Source: an uncultured archaeon (GTDB taxonomy: Archaea > Nanobdellota > Nanobdellia > Pacearchaeales > GW2011-AR1). From it: a stretch of DNA of 64,000 nucleotides. A program made the position numbers and the translations under genes. Each line of letters opens with the position of its first letter. Position 1 is the first letter of the stretch. The stretch spans positions 9,116-73,115 of the forward strand of contig CAKZRD010000019.1 of NCBI GenBank assembly GCA_937143345.1. Direction: 5' to 3'. Of this stretch, positions 56,147 to 64,000 are shown in pieces. The notes beneath the pieces were generated by a model. It was not told where the DNA came from and searched no databases. It saw only the letters and a list, made by a program, of their open reading frames with translations.

Positions 56147-57610
56147 ATGGGAAGAGAAGAAGAAGTTGTAAAAATAAGAATTGAAAAAATAGAAAGAATG
56201 AAAAAAGAAGGCTTTTTGCCTTATGATTATCGTTTTGATACTACGAGTAATATTATTCAAATAAGAGAAAAATTTTCTGAATTGAAAGAAGAAGAAACAA
56301 AAGAAAAAGTTTCTATCTCTGGAAGATTGATGAATATTCGTTCTCTTGGAAAACTTTCTTTTCTAAAAATACAAGATTACTCTTCGACAATTCAGGGAGT
56401 AATACAAGAAGGAAAGACTCCTAAAGAAAAAATAGAATATTTTAAAAAATTTGTAGATAGCGGCGATATAATTGGAATTATGGGAAAAGTTTTTAGGACA
56501 AAAACAGGTGAGCTTTCTGTTCTCATAGAAGACATAAGAATTCTCTCTAAATGCATTTTGCCGATTCCGGAAGAATTTTATGGTTTAAAAGACAAAGAAG
56601 AAAGATATAGAAAAAGATATCTTGATTTATTAATAAACGAAAAATCTCGAAGAATTTTCCAAATAAGAGCAAAAGTTATGGAAGCAATAAGAGAATTTAT
56701 GAAAGTTAAAGGTTTTATTGAAGTTGAAACTCCTTTATTGCAACCAATTTATGGCGGTGCTGCAGCAAAACCTTTCAAAACTCATTGTGATGCTTTTGAT
56801 AGTAATGTTTTTCTTTCCATTGCGCCAGAACTTTATTTAAAAAAAGCAATGGTTGGGGGATTGGGGAGTGTTTATGAAATAACGAAAAAGTTTAGAAACG
56901 AAGGAGTAGACAAAAACCACAATCCAGAACATATGACAATAGAATGGTATCAAGAAAATGCCGACTATAATGATGGAATGAAATTGTTCAGAGAGTTTTT
57001 ACTTTTTATATCTGAAAAAGTATTCGGTAAAACGACTATTGAATACAAGGGACATAAAATTGATTTAACTAAATGGGAAACGCTTTCTCTTGAAGACGCA
57101 ATAAAAAAATATCTTAATATTGACATCTCAAAAATAAAAACCGATGAAGAAGCAAAAAAAATTGCAAAAGAAAATGGTTTAGATGAAAGCAAGATAACAA
57201 AAATAAATCTGCCAGATGAATTAATGAAAATTTTTAGAGAAAAATTAATACAGCCCACTTTTTTAATAGATTACCCGATAGAACTTGCTCCTCTTGCAAA
57301 ACCTTCCAAGAAAGATCCTAAAAAAGCAGAAATTTTTCAGCCATTTATTGGTGGTTTAGAGGTTGGGAGAGCTTATTCTGAATTGAGTGATCCTTTCATT
57401 CAAGAAGCTTCCTTTGATGAACAAGAAAAAGAAAGAGAGAAAGGAAACGAAGAGGCAATGCCGACAGACAGAGATTTTATAACAGCTCTAAAATACGGTC
57501 TTCCTCCGGCTTGCGGGGTTGGAGTAGGAATAGAAAGATTAATGATGTTATTTACAGATTCTGAAACAATAAGGGATGTAATAATGTTTCCTTTTATGAA
57601 ACCTGAATAA
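56147..57610 (+). CDS. lysS: Lysyl-tRNA synthetase, class II
   Basis: N-terminal OB fold. Motif 2 FRNEGVDKNHNPEHMTIEWY. Motif 3 region GVGIERLMM. 487 aa. Confidence 0.88.
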   Translation: MGREEEVVKIRIEKIERMKKEGFLPYDYRFDTTSNIIQIREKFSELKEEETKEKVSISGRLMNIRSLGKLSFLKIQDYSSTIQGVIQEGKTPKEKIEYFKKFVDSGDIIGIMGKVFRTKTGELSVLIEDIRILSKCILPIPEEFYGLKDKEERYRKRYLDLLINEKSRRIFQIRAKVMEAIREFMKVKGFIEVETPLLQPIYGGAAAKPFKTHCDAFDSNVFLSIAPELYLKKAMVGGLGSVYEITKKFRNEGVDKNHNPEHMTIEWYQENADYNDGMKLFREFLLFISEKVFGKTTIEYKGHKIDLTKWETLSLEDAIKKYLNIDISKIKTDEEAKKIAKENGLDESKITKINLPDELMKIFREKLIQPTFLIDYPIELAPLAKPSKKDPKKAEIFQPFIGGLEVGRAYSELSDPFIQEASFDEQEKEREKGNEEAMPTDRDFITALKYGLPPACGVGVGIERLMMLFTDSETIRDVIMFPFMKPE

Positions 57611-57781
57611 TTATCTAAAATGTCATTAATAAATAAATCAAAAGTTAAAGAAATCTCGGAGTTACAAATATCGGAAGAATTTTTAGAAAAACTTGAAAAA
57701 GAAGTTGAAGATTTGATAAAAAAAGCAGAAAAGAGAGCAAAAGAAAATTCAAGAAGAACATTATTAGGAAGAGATTTGTGA

Positions 57782-58243
57782 TTATCTTTTCTTTTTCTTT
57801 GTTTTTTTGTTTTCTTTTTTCTCAACAATTTCTTTTTTTGACCCAATATTTTTTGACAATTCTTTTATTCTTGCATGTGCTAACCTTAAAATATCTTCGT
57901 AATAATGTATTTTTCCACATATATTATTTAGAAATTCGTTTATTTCAAATACTTCTAATTTTAAAGAAGAAGGCTCCGTTATTTCTATTGAAGAAGGAAG
58001 CATTGCCAATATAATTAAAATTAAATCGGACATTGTTTTAGCATAAAATTCTATTTCAGCAAAAACAGAAAAAAATTGTTCTTTTTCTGGCAAGGGTTTT
58101 GGATCGGCAAATTTTTTTGATATGATTTCAATTCCTTTAAAAGAATCCATTCTTGAAACATGTGTCTTTAAAGTTTCTAAAAGATATTCTGGAGGAGTTC
58201 CAGCCAATTGCACAATTATTGTTGCTTTTATTCTTTCTGCCAT
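57782..58243 (-). CDS. Hypothetical protein (last gene of the hjc/ComEA-like cluster)
   Basis: 153 aa with a poly-Lys C-terminus. 1-nt overlap with the upstream ComEA-like gene. Confidence 0.3.
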   Translation of the reverse strand: MAERIKATIIVQLAGTPPEYLLETLKTHVSRMDSFKGIEIISKKFADPKPLPEKEQFFSVFAEIEFYAKTMSDLILIILAMLPSSIEITEPSSLKLEVFEINEFLNNICGKIHYYEDILRLAHARIKELSKNIGSKKEIVEKKENKKTKKKKR

Positions 58244-59106
58244 TATTTTCTCAATAAAAGGAAAAGAATAATAACGAGTAAAATGCTGAAAAAATAAATC
58301 CCGTATTTTCTGATTTTTTCTGTTTTTGACTCATAAACAACTTTCCCAGTGATTAGTTTATTTTCTTTCTCATCTAAACCCAAGTTTATAACTTTTTCCT
58401 TTTGTTCATTCGTTGTTTTTTCTTCACTTTCCTCGTTAAATTTATTTTCTTCTTTTTTATTTAGAACAATTCCTTCACTTTTTTCTTTAATTTCTTCTTT
58501 ACAAAAATTTTCTTCTACATAAGCTAAATTTTGCTCTTTGATTTTTTGTAACGAACTTTCTCCGATGCCTTTAACTTTTAAGAGTTCATCAATAGAACAA
58601 AAAGGACGAGAATTAATTATTTCCTGAGCTATTTTATCTCCTGCCCCTATTATTCTTTTTAATTCCGAAATTGTTGCAGTGTTTATGTTAACTTTTTTTG
58701 ATAGCTCGTTATTGACATTTTGGTTAGATATCATTTCTTCACTATTTTTTTCTTCATTATTAGAGGTTGTTTGTTCTCCTTTATTAATCGTATTCTGATT
58801 GTTTTCGTTGCTATCAACACTCTTCGAAGAAACGCATGCTAGTCCTTGTTCTTTAATTTTTTGAAGAGTTTTTTCACCTATTCCTTTAACCTTAATTAAC
58901 TCATCAACTGAATTAAAGGGGCGAGAATCAATTATTCTTTGGGCATATGTTGGACCGATACCATTTAATTTTTGAAGTTCTATAAGAGAAGCAGAATTTA
59001 TATTTATTTGTCCCTCAGAACAATCTCCTAAAACAGATTCGACTAATAAAACTAAAATAAAAAACTTCAAAAGATTAGTTAAAAAACTGCGAAAATCTTT
59101 TACCAT
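58243..59106 (-). CDS. ComEA-like DNA-binding protein: two tandem helix-hairpin-helix modules, signal peptide, C-terminal TM anchor
   Basis: Two repeats of INSASLIELQKLNGIGPTYAQRIIDSRPFNSVDELIKVKGIGEKTLQKIKEQ / NINTATISELKRIIGAGDKIAQEIINSRPFCSIDELLKVKGIGESSLQKIKEQ, the ComEA HhH signature. N-terminal hydrophobic signal. C-terminal YFFSILLVIILFLLL. Confidence 0.7.
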   Translation of the reverse strand: MVKDFRSFLTNLLKFFILVLLVESVLGDCSEGQININSASLIELQKLNGIGPTYAQRIIDSRPFNSVDELIKVKGIGEKTLQKIKEQGLACVSSKSVDSNENNQNTINKGEQTTSNNEEKNSEEMISNQNVNNELSKKVNINTATISELKRIIGAGDKIAQEIINSRPFCSIDELLKVKGIGESSLQKIKEQNLAYVEENFCKEEIKEKSEGIVLNKKEENKFNEESEEKTTNEQKEKVINLGLDEKENKLITGKVVYESKTEKIRKYGIYFFSILLVIILFLLLRK

Positions 59107-59464
59107 TTTTTTTCAAATCAGATAATTCAATAACAAAATTTTTCCCGCTATCTTTTAATTCTTTTGGTGAAATAAAGAACCAACCTTCCCTATTAAATCT
59201 TAAAGCGATTACGGGAGTTAAACCAAAAATCTCCGAGAATATCAAAAAATTTTCTATTTGTTCTTTTGAAATATATTTAAAAGTGGAACTTGTTGATTTG
59301 ACTTCTACCGCATATTTTTTTCCAATTTTTCCTACGAGAAGATCACAATCTGCTTTTTCCATTACGCCACTTCCAGCCACACGGACAGCTCTAAAATTTT
59401 CGTCTAAAAACATCTTAAAAAGTTCTCTTTCTGCTTTGCTTCCTTTTGTTTTGTTTTTCGGCAT
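59075..59464 (-). CDS. hjc: Holliday junction resolvase Hjc
   Basis: GSKAERELFKMFLDENFRAVRVAGSG...DLLVGKIGKKYAVEVKST...WFF matches the Hjc nuclease-fold catalytic pattern (E...D...E-V-K). 129 aa. Confidence 0.8.
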   Translation of the reverse strand: MPKNKTKGSKAERELFKMFLDENFRAVRVAGSGVMEKADCDLLVGKIGKKYAVEVKSTSSTFKYISKEQIENFLIFSEIFGLTPVIALRFNREGWFFISPKELKDSGKNFVIELSDLKKNGKRFSQFFN

Positions 59465-59465
59465 C

Positions 59466-60161
59466 TTATTTTTTCCTTTTTTCTACTTTTTCAATTTTTC
59501 CGTCTTTGATCCAACAGATTCTTTCAGCATATTTTAATGCAACACTCATATCATGAGTCACGACGACGATTGTTTTTCCATTCTTGTGAAGTTTTTCCAA
59601 AAAATCTAAAACAATTTGACCTGTTTTTGAATCTAAATTTCCTGTTGGTTCGTCTGCCAAAATAACTTCTGGATCATTGACTAATGATCTAGCTATCGCA
59701 ATTCTTTGTTGTTCTCCTCCGGAAAGCTGTTTTGGATAATGGTTTTGTCTCCCTTCTAATTGAACTAACTTTAATAATTCTAATGCTTTTTTTTCTTGTT
59801 CTTCCTCGGAAAAAGTCTGAAAACTCATTGGGAGGATAATATTTTCTTTTGCTGTTAAGGAAGGAATTAAATTAAACTGTTGGAATATAAAACCTATTTT
59901 TCTTCCCCTTATCTGAGCAAGTTCTGACTCTCCTAAATGAGAAATATTGTATTCGTCTAAGAAAATTCTCCCTTTTGTTGGGGTATCTAAACAACCAATA
60001 AGGTTCATCATCGTTGATTTTCCACTTCCGGAAGGTCCTAACACTACTAAAAACTCTGACTCCTTAACAGAAAGATTAATACCTGAAAGAGCATAAACCT
60101 TATTTTCTCCCATCTCATAAATTTTATAAACATCTTCAAGTCTTATTATCTCTCTTTTCAT
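59466..60161 (-). CDS. ABC transporter ATP-binding protein (MacB/LolD-type)
   Basis: Walker A GPSGSGKST, signature LSGGEQQRIAIARSL, Walker B ILADEPTGNLD, H-loop VTHD. Confidence 0.88.
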   Translation of the reverse strand: MKREIIRLEDVYKIYEMGENKVYALSGINLSVKESEFLVVLGPSGSGKSTMMNLIGCLDTPTKGRIFLDEYNISHLGESELAQIRGRKIGFIFQQFNLIPSLTAKENIILPMSFQTFSEEEQEKKALELLKLVQLEGRQNHYPKQLSGGEQQRIAIARSLVNDPEVILADEPTGNLDSKTGQIVLDFLEKLHKNGKTIVVVTHDMSVALKYAERICWIKDGKIEKVEKRKK

Positions 60162-60211
60162 TTAAAAAAGAATAACAAAACATTTAAAAATCTTCTTTTT
60201 ATCAAAATTTT

Positions 60212-60409
60212 ATGATTATTCCGATTAGATGTTTTTCTTGTGGAAAACCGATAGGCCACTTATGGAAAAAATTTAAAGAAAGAACTTCAAAAGGTGAAGA
60301 TACAAAAAAAGTTTTAGATGAAATCGGTTTAGAAAGATATTGTTGTAGGGCGGTTTTTTTAGGTCATGAGGACTATATAGATCTTATAAACAAATTCAAA
60401 AAATATTGA
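60212..60409 (+). CDS. rpoN: DNA-directed RNA polymerase subunit N (Rpb10-like)
   Basis: MIIPIRCFSCGKPIGHLW...YCCRAVF zinc bundle. 65 aa. Confidence 0.88.
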   Translation: MIIPIRCFSCGKPIGHLWKKFKERTSKGEDTKKVLDEIGLERYCCRAVFLGHEDYIDLINKFKKY

Positions 60410-60454
60410 TTTAAATAAAGATTTTAGGAAAAATAGTTTTATATTTTATAAAAA

Positions 60455-60572
60455 GGATGAGACAACTTTGTGCCTTCCCGCTTATTCAGCAGTACAAACA
60501 CAAACGTCCGAAGCTTAACTTCTGTGTTCGGAAAGGGAACAGGTGTTACCAACGGACTATGGTCGTCTCAAA
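60455..60572 (-). rRNA. rrf: 5S ribosomal RNA (orphan, not linked to 16S/23S)
   Basis: The reverse complement reads UUGAGACGACCAUAGUCCGUUGGUAACACCUGUUCCCUUUCCGAACACAGAAGUUAAGC...GUUGUCUCAUCC. It has the universal CCGAACAC..GAAGUUAAGC loop C/helix III region, a helix I closing 5'-UGAGACGAC/GUUGUCUCA-3', and a following T-run. Confidence 0.85.
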
Positions 60573-60970
60573 ATTTTTATTCTTTTTAACTTTTTAAATC
60601 TTTTTATATCTGTATTAAAAAGAAAATTAAGAAAAAATACATTTCTTAAAGATTTTTTAAGCAATTTATCATTCCTAGAATAATTTAAAAAACTATATTA
60701 TTGAATCTGTCCTTTACAAAAATTTCTGTGTTTATTCCAGTTCCTGCCCCACATCTAAAATTCTACTATTTTTTGAGAGATACTTTTTTAAAAATCTGCT
60801 GCTTTTAGTAATCCTTAATTATATCTACGAACGATTGGGGATTAGCTCGCTATACGTCTTTTAGAAAATAAGCTGTTGAGAAACATTCTGGATTTACTTA
60901 AACATAAAATTAGTTCGACAGAAATTTATACTATTGCTGCGAATAGAGACACAGAAAGATTAAAATATTT

Positions 60971-62455
60971 TTAGTTTCTTTCTACACTTTCTGCTATCTT
61001 CTCTACTTCAATTATTGCTGGTTTGTTTTTTGTGAAAAAATCTATTGATTCTTTTAGTTCTTTATGTGTTTTAGCATATTCTTCTATTGAAATTCCTTTT
61101 TGATATGCTTCACATGCCTGAACTAAAGCAGTAGCGCCTACTCTAGTACCCTTTGGATGTGCATGTACTCCTGCCCCCATGGTTGTAATAAAATCAACAT
61201 TCCCCATAACTTCGATAAAAGGTTTAAGTTTAGTAGGGTTTAATCCGCCTGAAATAATTGGGCAACATTTTTTTATCCCTCTCCAAGAATCATCTTCTAA
61301 AATAATGTGGTGTGCTAAATCTTCATGAACTAATTTGATTAAATCTTTATCTTCCTCTGGAATTTTTGTCCATTCTTGTTCAAAAAAGTGCCCTTTTGAT
61401 TTAAAATATTGTATTCCATGGGCTGCGACGATATCTTCTTCTGGAGAACCTTTCATTTTTCCAACACCTGCTGTTCCTGTGTGAATTCCCGAAACTCCTG
61501 CTAAACGCGCGAATTTCGAAAGAACCAAAACAGAAAAACCAATCGGATTTTCAGGCCTAGTATAACCTCCGTGCCCTGCTCTATGAAAATGAATAAAAAC
61601 ATCGGGATATCTTCTTCTCAAAGTTTGGACAGCAGTCCAACCAGCAGTAATTCCATCAATTAAAAAAGCGTAACTTCCTTTCTCAAAACCTGCATTCCTT
61701 ATTAACTCACAACGCCTTATCATTTCGTCGAAATCGGCAGCAGAAACATTAAAAGAATGAACTTTTTTCTTTCGTGTTTCCCTAACTGCTTTGTCCATTG
61801 CCTTCTTTACATATTGGACCATTTTATCATAAGGACAAAAGTCCTGGTCTGCTTGCGGTTCATCGTTTTTAACAAAGTCCCCGCCGCCCGCCCAAAAATC
61901 ATAACAAACTTCAGCATATTCCGAAGCTGTTAAACCCATTTTTGGTTTTATTATTGTTCCTAAAATTGGCCTTCCATAAACATTAAGATATTTTCTCATA
62001 TCGTCTAAAGTGTATGAAGGTCCGTCATATTGTTCTAGCATTGCTGAAGGAAACCAAACATCCAAAAGTTTTAATGCTGACACTTCTTTTATTCCAAGAA
62101 TATTTCCTACAATAAAAGTTAAAATATTCTGAACATTGCCTTTTCTATCAAATAATCTCCACGGATATGCAATCCAAACAAGATTTCTTTCTAGATCCAT
62201 TTGATAAACTAATGCATTCATTTCTCTAGAAAAAGAAGTTTCTGTGTTTACTTTAAAATTTGTTCCCGTCGATGACTCTGCTGCTACTTCGGCAGCTGCT
62301 TGTAAAATGTTTAATTTTCCCCCAGGAACTAAACGAAAAACAGCTAAAAGATATTCCCCATTACGAGGATTTTTCAAATTTAAATTTACATATGCTTCTT
62401 GGTGAGGATTCAAACTTTTAACAAGTTCTTTAATCCGGGAATTTTCTTTTTTCAT
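60971..62455 (-). CDS. rbcL: Ribulose-1,5-bisphosphate carboxylase large subunit, archaeal form III (or II/III)
   Basis: GTIIKPKMGLTASEYAEV. Active-site Lys region GGGDFVKNDEPQ. HRAGHGGYT; GVSGIHTGTAGVGKM; GGLNP. 494 aa. Confidence 0.9.
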   Translation of the reverse strand: MKKENSRIKELVKSLNPHQEAYVNLNLKNPRNGEYLLAVFRLVPGGKLNILQAAAEVAAESSTGTNFKVNTETSFSREMNALVYQMDLERNLVWIAYPWRLFDRKGNVQNILTFIVGNILGIKEVSALKLLDVWFPSAMLEQYDGPSYTLDDMRKYLNVYGRPILGTIIKPKMGLTASEYAEVCYDFWAGGGDFVKNDEPQADQDFCPYDKMVQYVKKAMDKAVRETRKKKVHSFNVSAADFDEMIRRCELIRNAGFEKGSYAFLIDGITAGWTAVQTLRRRYPDVFIHFHRAGHGGYTRPENPIGFSVLVLSKFARLAGVSGIHTGTAGVGKMKGSPEEDIVAAHGIQYFKSKGHFFEQEWTKIPEEDKDLIKLVHEDLAHHIILEDDSWRGIKKCCPIISGGLNPTKLKPFIEVMGNVDFITTMGAGVHAHPKGTRVGATALVQACEAYQKGISIEEYAKTHKELKESIDFFTKNKPAIIEVEKIAESVERN

Positions 62456-62848
62456 AGCCTCTTTTTGTTTAAATTATTAGATTTCTATTTAAAAAAATTT
62501 TTAGATTTTATAAATTTTTCGTTCGGTGTTTTATAATCTTATTAAAATTTATCTTTTTTTTAGTTTTTTTAAGAATTTTTCCAAAAAGAACTTAACAAAT
62601 TTAAGTTTTATTTTTTTTTTAAATCTTATCCTTAAACTAAATCCTAATTGTCACACTTTCTGACCAAAACAACGACTACTCTCTCTTTATGATTTTTTGT
62701 ATATGTTTCTATTTGGTTCTGAAATCCTTCATTAAATTTTGGTTAATATTTTATTCTCAAACATATATTCTTGAAGTTATTATTTATTAATCAGAGACAT
62801 ATAAAAATCTATAAGTACATTCAAAAACAAATTCTTTATTACATTTTA

Positions 62849-64000
62849 TTAAACCTTTTCAACTTCCCATCTTTCTTTTTTATCTCGAACTTCCCAACCG
62901 AGAGATTTTAACTTTTCTCTTAATTCATCGGATTTTTTCCAATCTTTTTTTTCTCTTGCTTTTTGCCTTTCTTCCAATAATTCTTTTATTTCTTTTGGCA
63001 TTTCTGTTTCTTCTTTTTCCAATAAGTTTAGGGCTAAAACTTCGTCCATCTTTTTTATTGTTTTATATTTGCCTACTGCCTTTTCATCTCTAACTAACTC
63101 CCACAAAACAGAGAGAGCTTTTGGAGTATTTAAATCGTCGTTTATTGCTTTTTGAAATTCTTTTAAATATTTTTCATTTATTTTATCATCATTGATTATT
63201 TTGGAACAAATTTTTTTTAATTTTTTGAAAGAGGTTTGCGCATTTTCTAAAATTTCTAAAGAAAAATCCAACGGCTTTCTATAAATAGCTGTTAAAACAT
63301 AATATCTATAAGACAAGGGAAGAAATCCTTTTTCTTCGAGTTCGGAAAGAGTAAAAAGACCTCCTTTTGATTTCGAAACTTTTTCTCCTTTGAAAGTTAA
63401 AAAATTCTCGTGTAACCAATATCTAACAAATTTTTTTCCTGTTGCTGCCTCGCTTTGGGCAATTTCATTTGTGTGATGGACTGGGATGTGATCTACTCCT
63501 CCCGTATGTATATCTATTGTTTCTCCCAAATATTTCATCGCCATCGCAGAACATTCTATATGCCAACCTGGAAAACCAATTCCCCAAGGAGAATCCCACT
63601 CTTGTTGTCTTTTATCCTCTGGTTTTGAAAATTTCCAAAGAGCGAAATCTGTCTTGTTTATTTTTTCCCTCATCGAAACTCTTATTCCGGCATGTAATCC
63701 TTCGAAATCGATCTTTGCAAGATTTCCGTAATTTTTGAATTTTGAGGTATTAAAATAAATTCCGTCTGAAGTTTTGTATGTAAAACCTTTTTCTTCTAAT
63801 TTTTTTATTAGTTCTATTTGTTCTTTTATGTGCTCTGTCGCCCAACTCCAAACAAAAGGTTCTTTGATATTTAGTTTTTTCAAGTCCTGATGAAATAAAT
63901 TAAAATAATAATGAGAGATTTCTCTAGCAGTCTTTCTTTCTCTTTTTACTGCAATCTCTATTTTGTCTTCTCCGCTCTCATCTGCTCCGAAAGCATCACT
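62849..64000 (-). CDS. cysS: Cysteinyl-tRNA synthetase, 5'-truncated by the window edge
   Basis: WHIECSAM Zn-site motif and KMSKS variant KVSKSKGG. The in-frame translation continues without a stop to position 64000, so the N-terminus with HIGH lies outside the window. Confidence 0.85.
   Translation of the reverse strand, partial: SDAFGADESGEDKIEIAVKRERKTAREISHYYFNLFHQDLKKLNIKEPFVWSWATEHIKEQIELIKKLEEKGFTYKTSDGIYFNTSKFKNYGNLAKIDFEGLHAGIRVSMREKINKTDFALWKFSKPEDKRQQEWDSPWGIGFPGWHIECSAMAMKYLGETIDIHTGGVDHIPVHHTNEIAQSEAATGKKFVRYWLHENFLTFKGEKVSKSKGGLFTLSELEEKGFLPLSYRYYVLTAIYRKPLDFSLEILENAQTSFKKLKKICSKIINDDKINEKYLKEFQKAINDDLNTPKALSVLWELVRDEKAVGKYKTIKKMDEVLALNLLEKEETEMPKEIKELLEERQKAREKKDWKKSDELREKLKSLGWEVRDKKERWEVEKV

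Noticed and set aside
57400-57846. Minus-strand 148 aa ORF spanning the lysS 3' end and the following spacer
   Set aside because: It overlaps a strongly supported LysRS frame. The translation is low-complexity (K/S-rich). A short plus-strand ORF (57620..57781, 54 aa) is a more plausible occupant of the spacer, but it is unsupported.
59283-59537. Plus-strand 84 aa ORF
   Set aside because: It is antisense to hjc and the start of the ABC ATPase.
1-64000. Searched for CRISPR arrays, transposases/integrases and 16S/23S rRNA
   Set aside because: There are no regularly spaced direct repeats, no DDE/tyrosine-recombinase-like ORFs, and no long GC-rich non-coding blocks other than the 5S and the tRNAs.

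Overview
This is about 64 kb of a very AT-rich archaeal chromosome, roughly 25-30% GC in coding DNA by eye and far lower between genes. Codon usage is rich in Lys, Ile and Asn, and the gene set looks like a small-genome, DPANN-like archaeon. Core genes are dense and mostly unambiguous. They include IleRS, MetRS, class-II LysRS and CysRS (cut at the window edge), and an RtcB-archease operon. Also present are PCNA, a primase PriS with a C-terminal extension, Hjc, Ogg2, RpoD/RpoN and a probable RpoF, and ribosomal proteins S13-S4-S11 and L21e. There are two tRNAs and an orphan 5S rRNA. Metabolic and stress genes include PEP synthase, archaeal form III-type RuBisCO, a rubrerythrin-desulfoferrodoxin pair, a TrmB regulator, a U32 peptidase, acylphosphatase and a DAC-domain diadenylate cyclase. 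Four accessory regions stand out. First, a Tad-like pilus locus has split TadB/TadC-like proteins, two class-III-signal pilins and a HerA/VirB4-type ATPase instead of a PilB-type one. Second, a roughly 13 kb minus-strand module encodes pilin-like small proteins and tandemly duplicated giant cysteine-rich membrane/surface proteins; one copy is split and carries a GC-rich Hint (intein-like) insertion. Third, the AspRS gene carries several frameshifts and an in-frame stop; beside it sit a YqeY-like remnant and a GC-elevated island with a PRTase-like protein and a divergent receiver-like protein of unknown function. Fourth, a membrane-anchored ComEA-like tandem-HhH protein is encoded next to Hjc. 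I found no CRISPR array, transposase, integrase or 16S/23S rRNA. Functional calls rest on recognisable sequence motifs only; no database search was possible.
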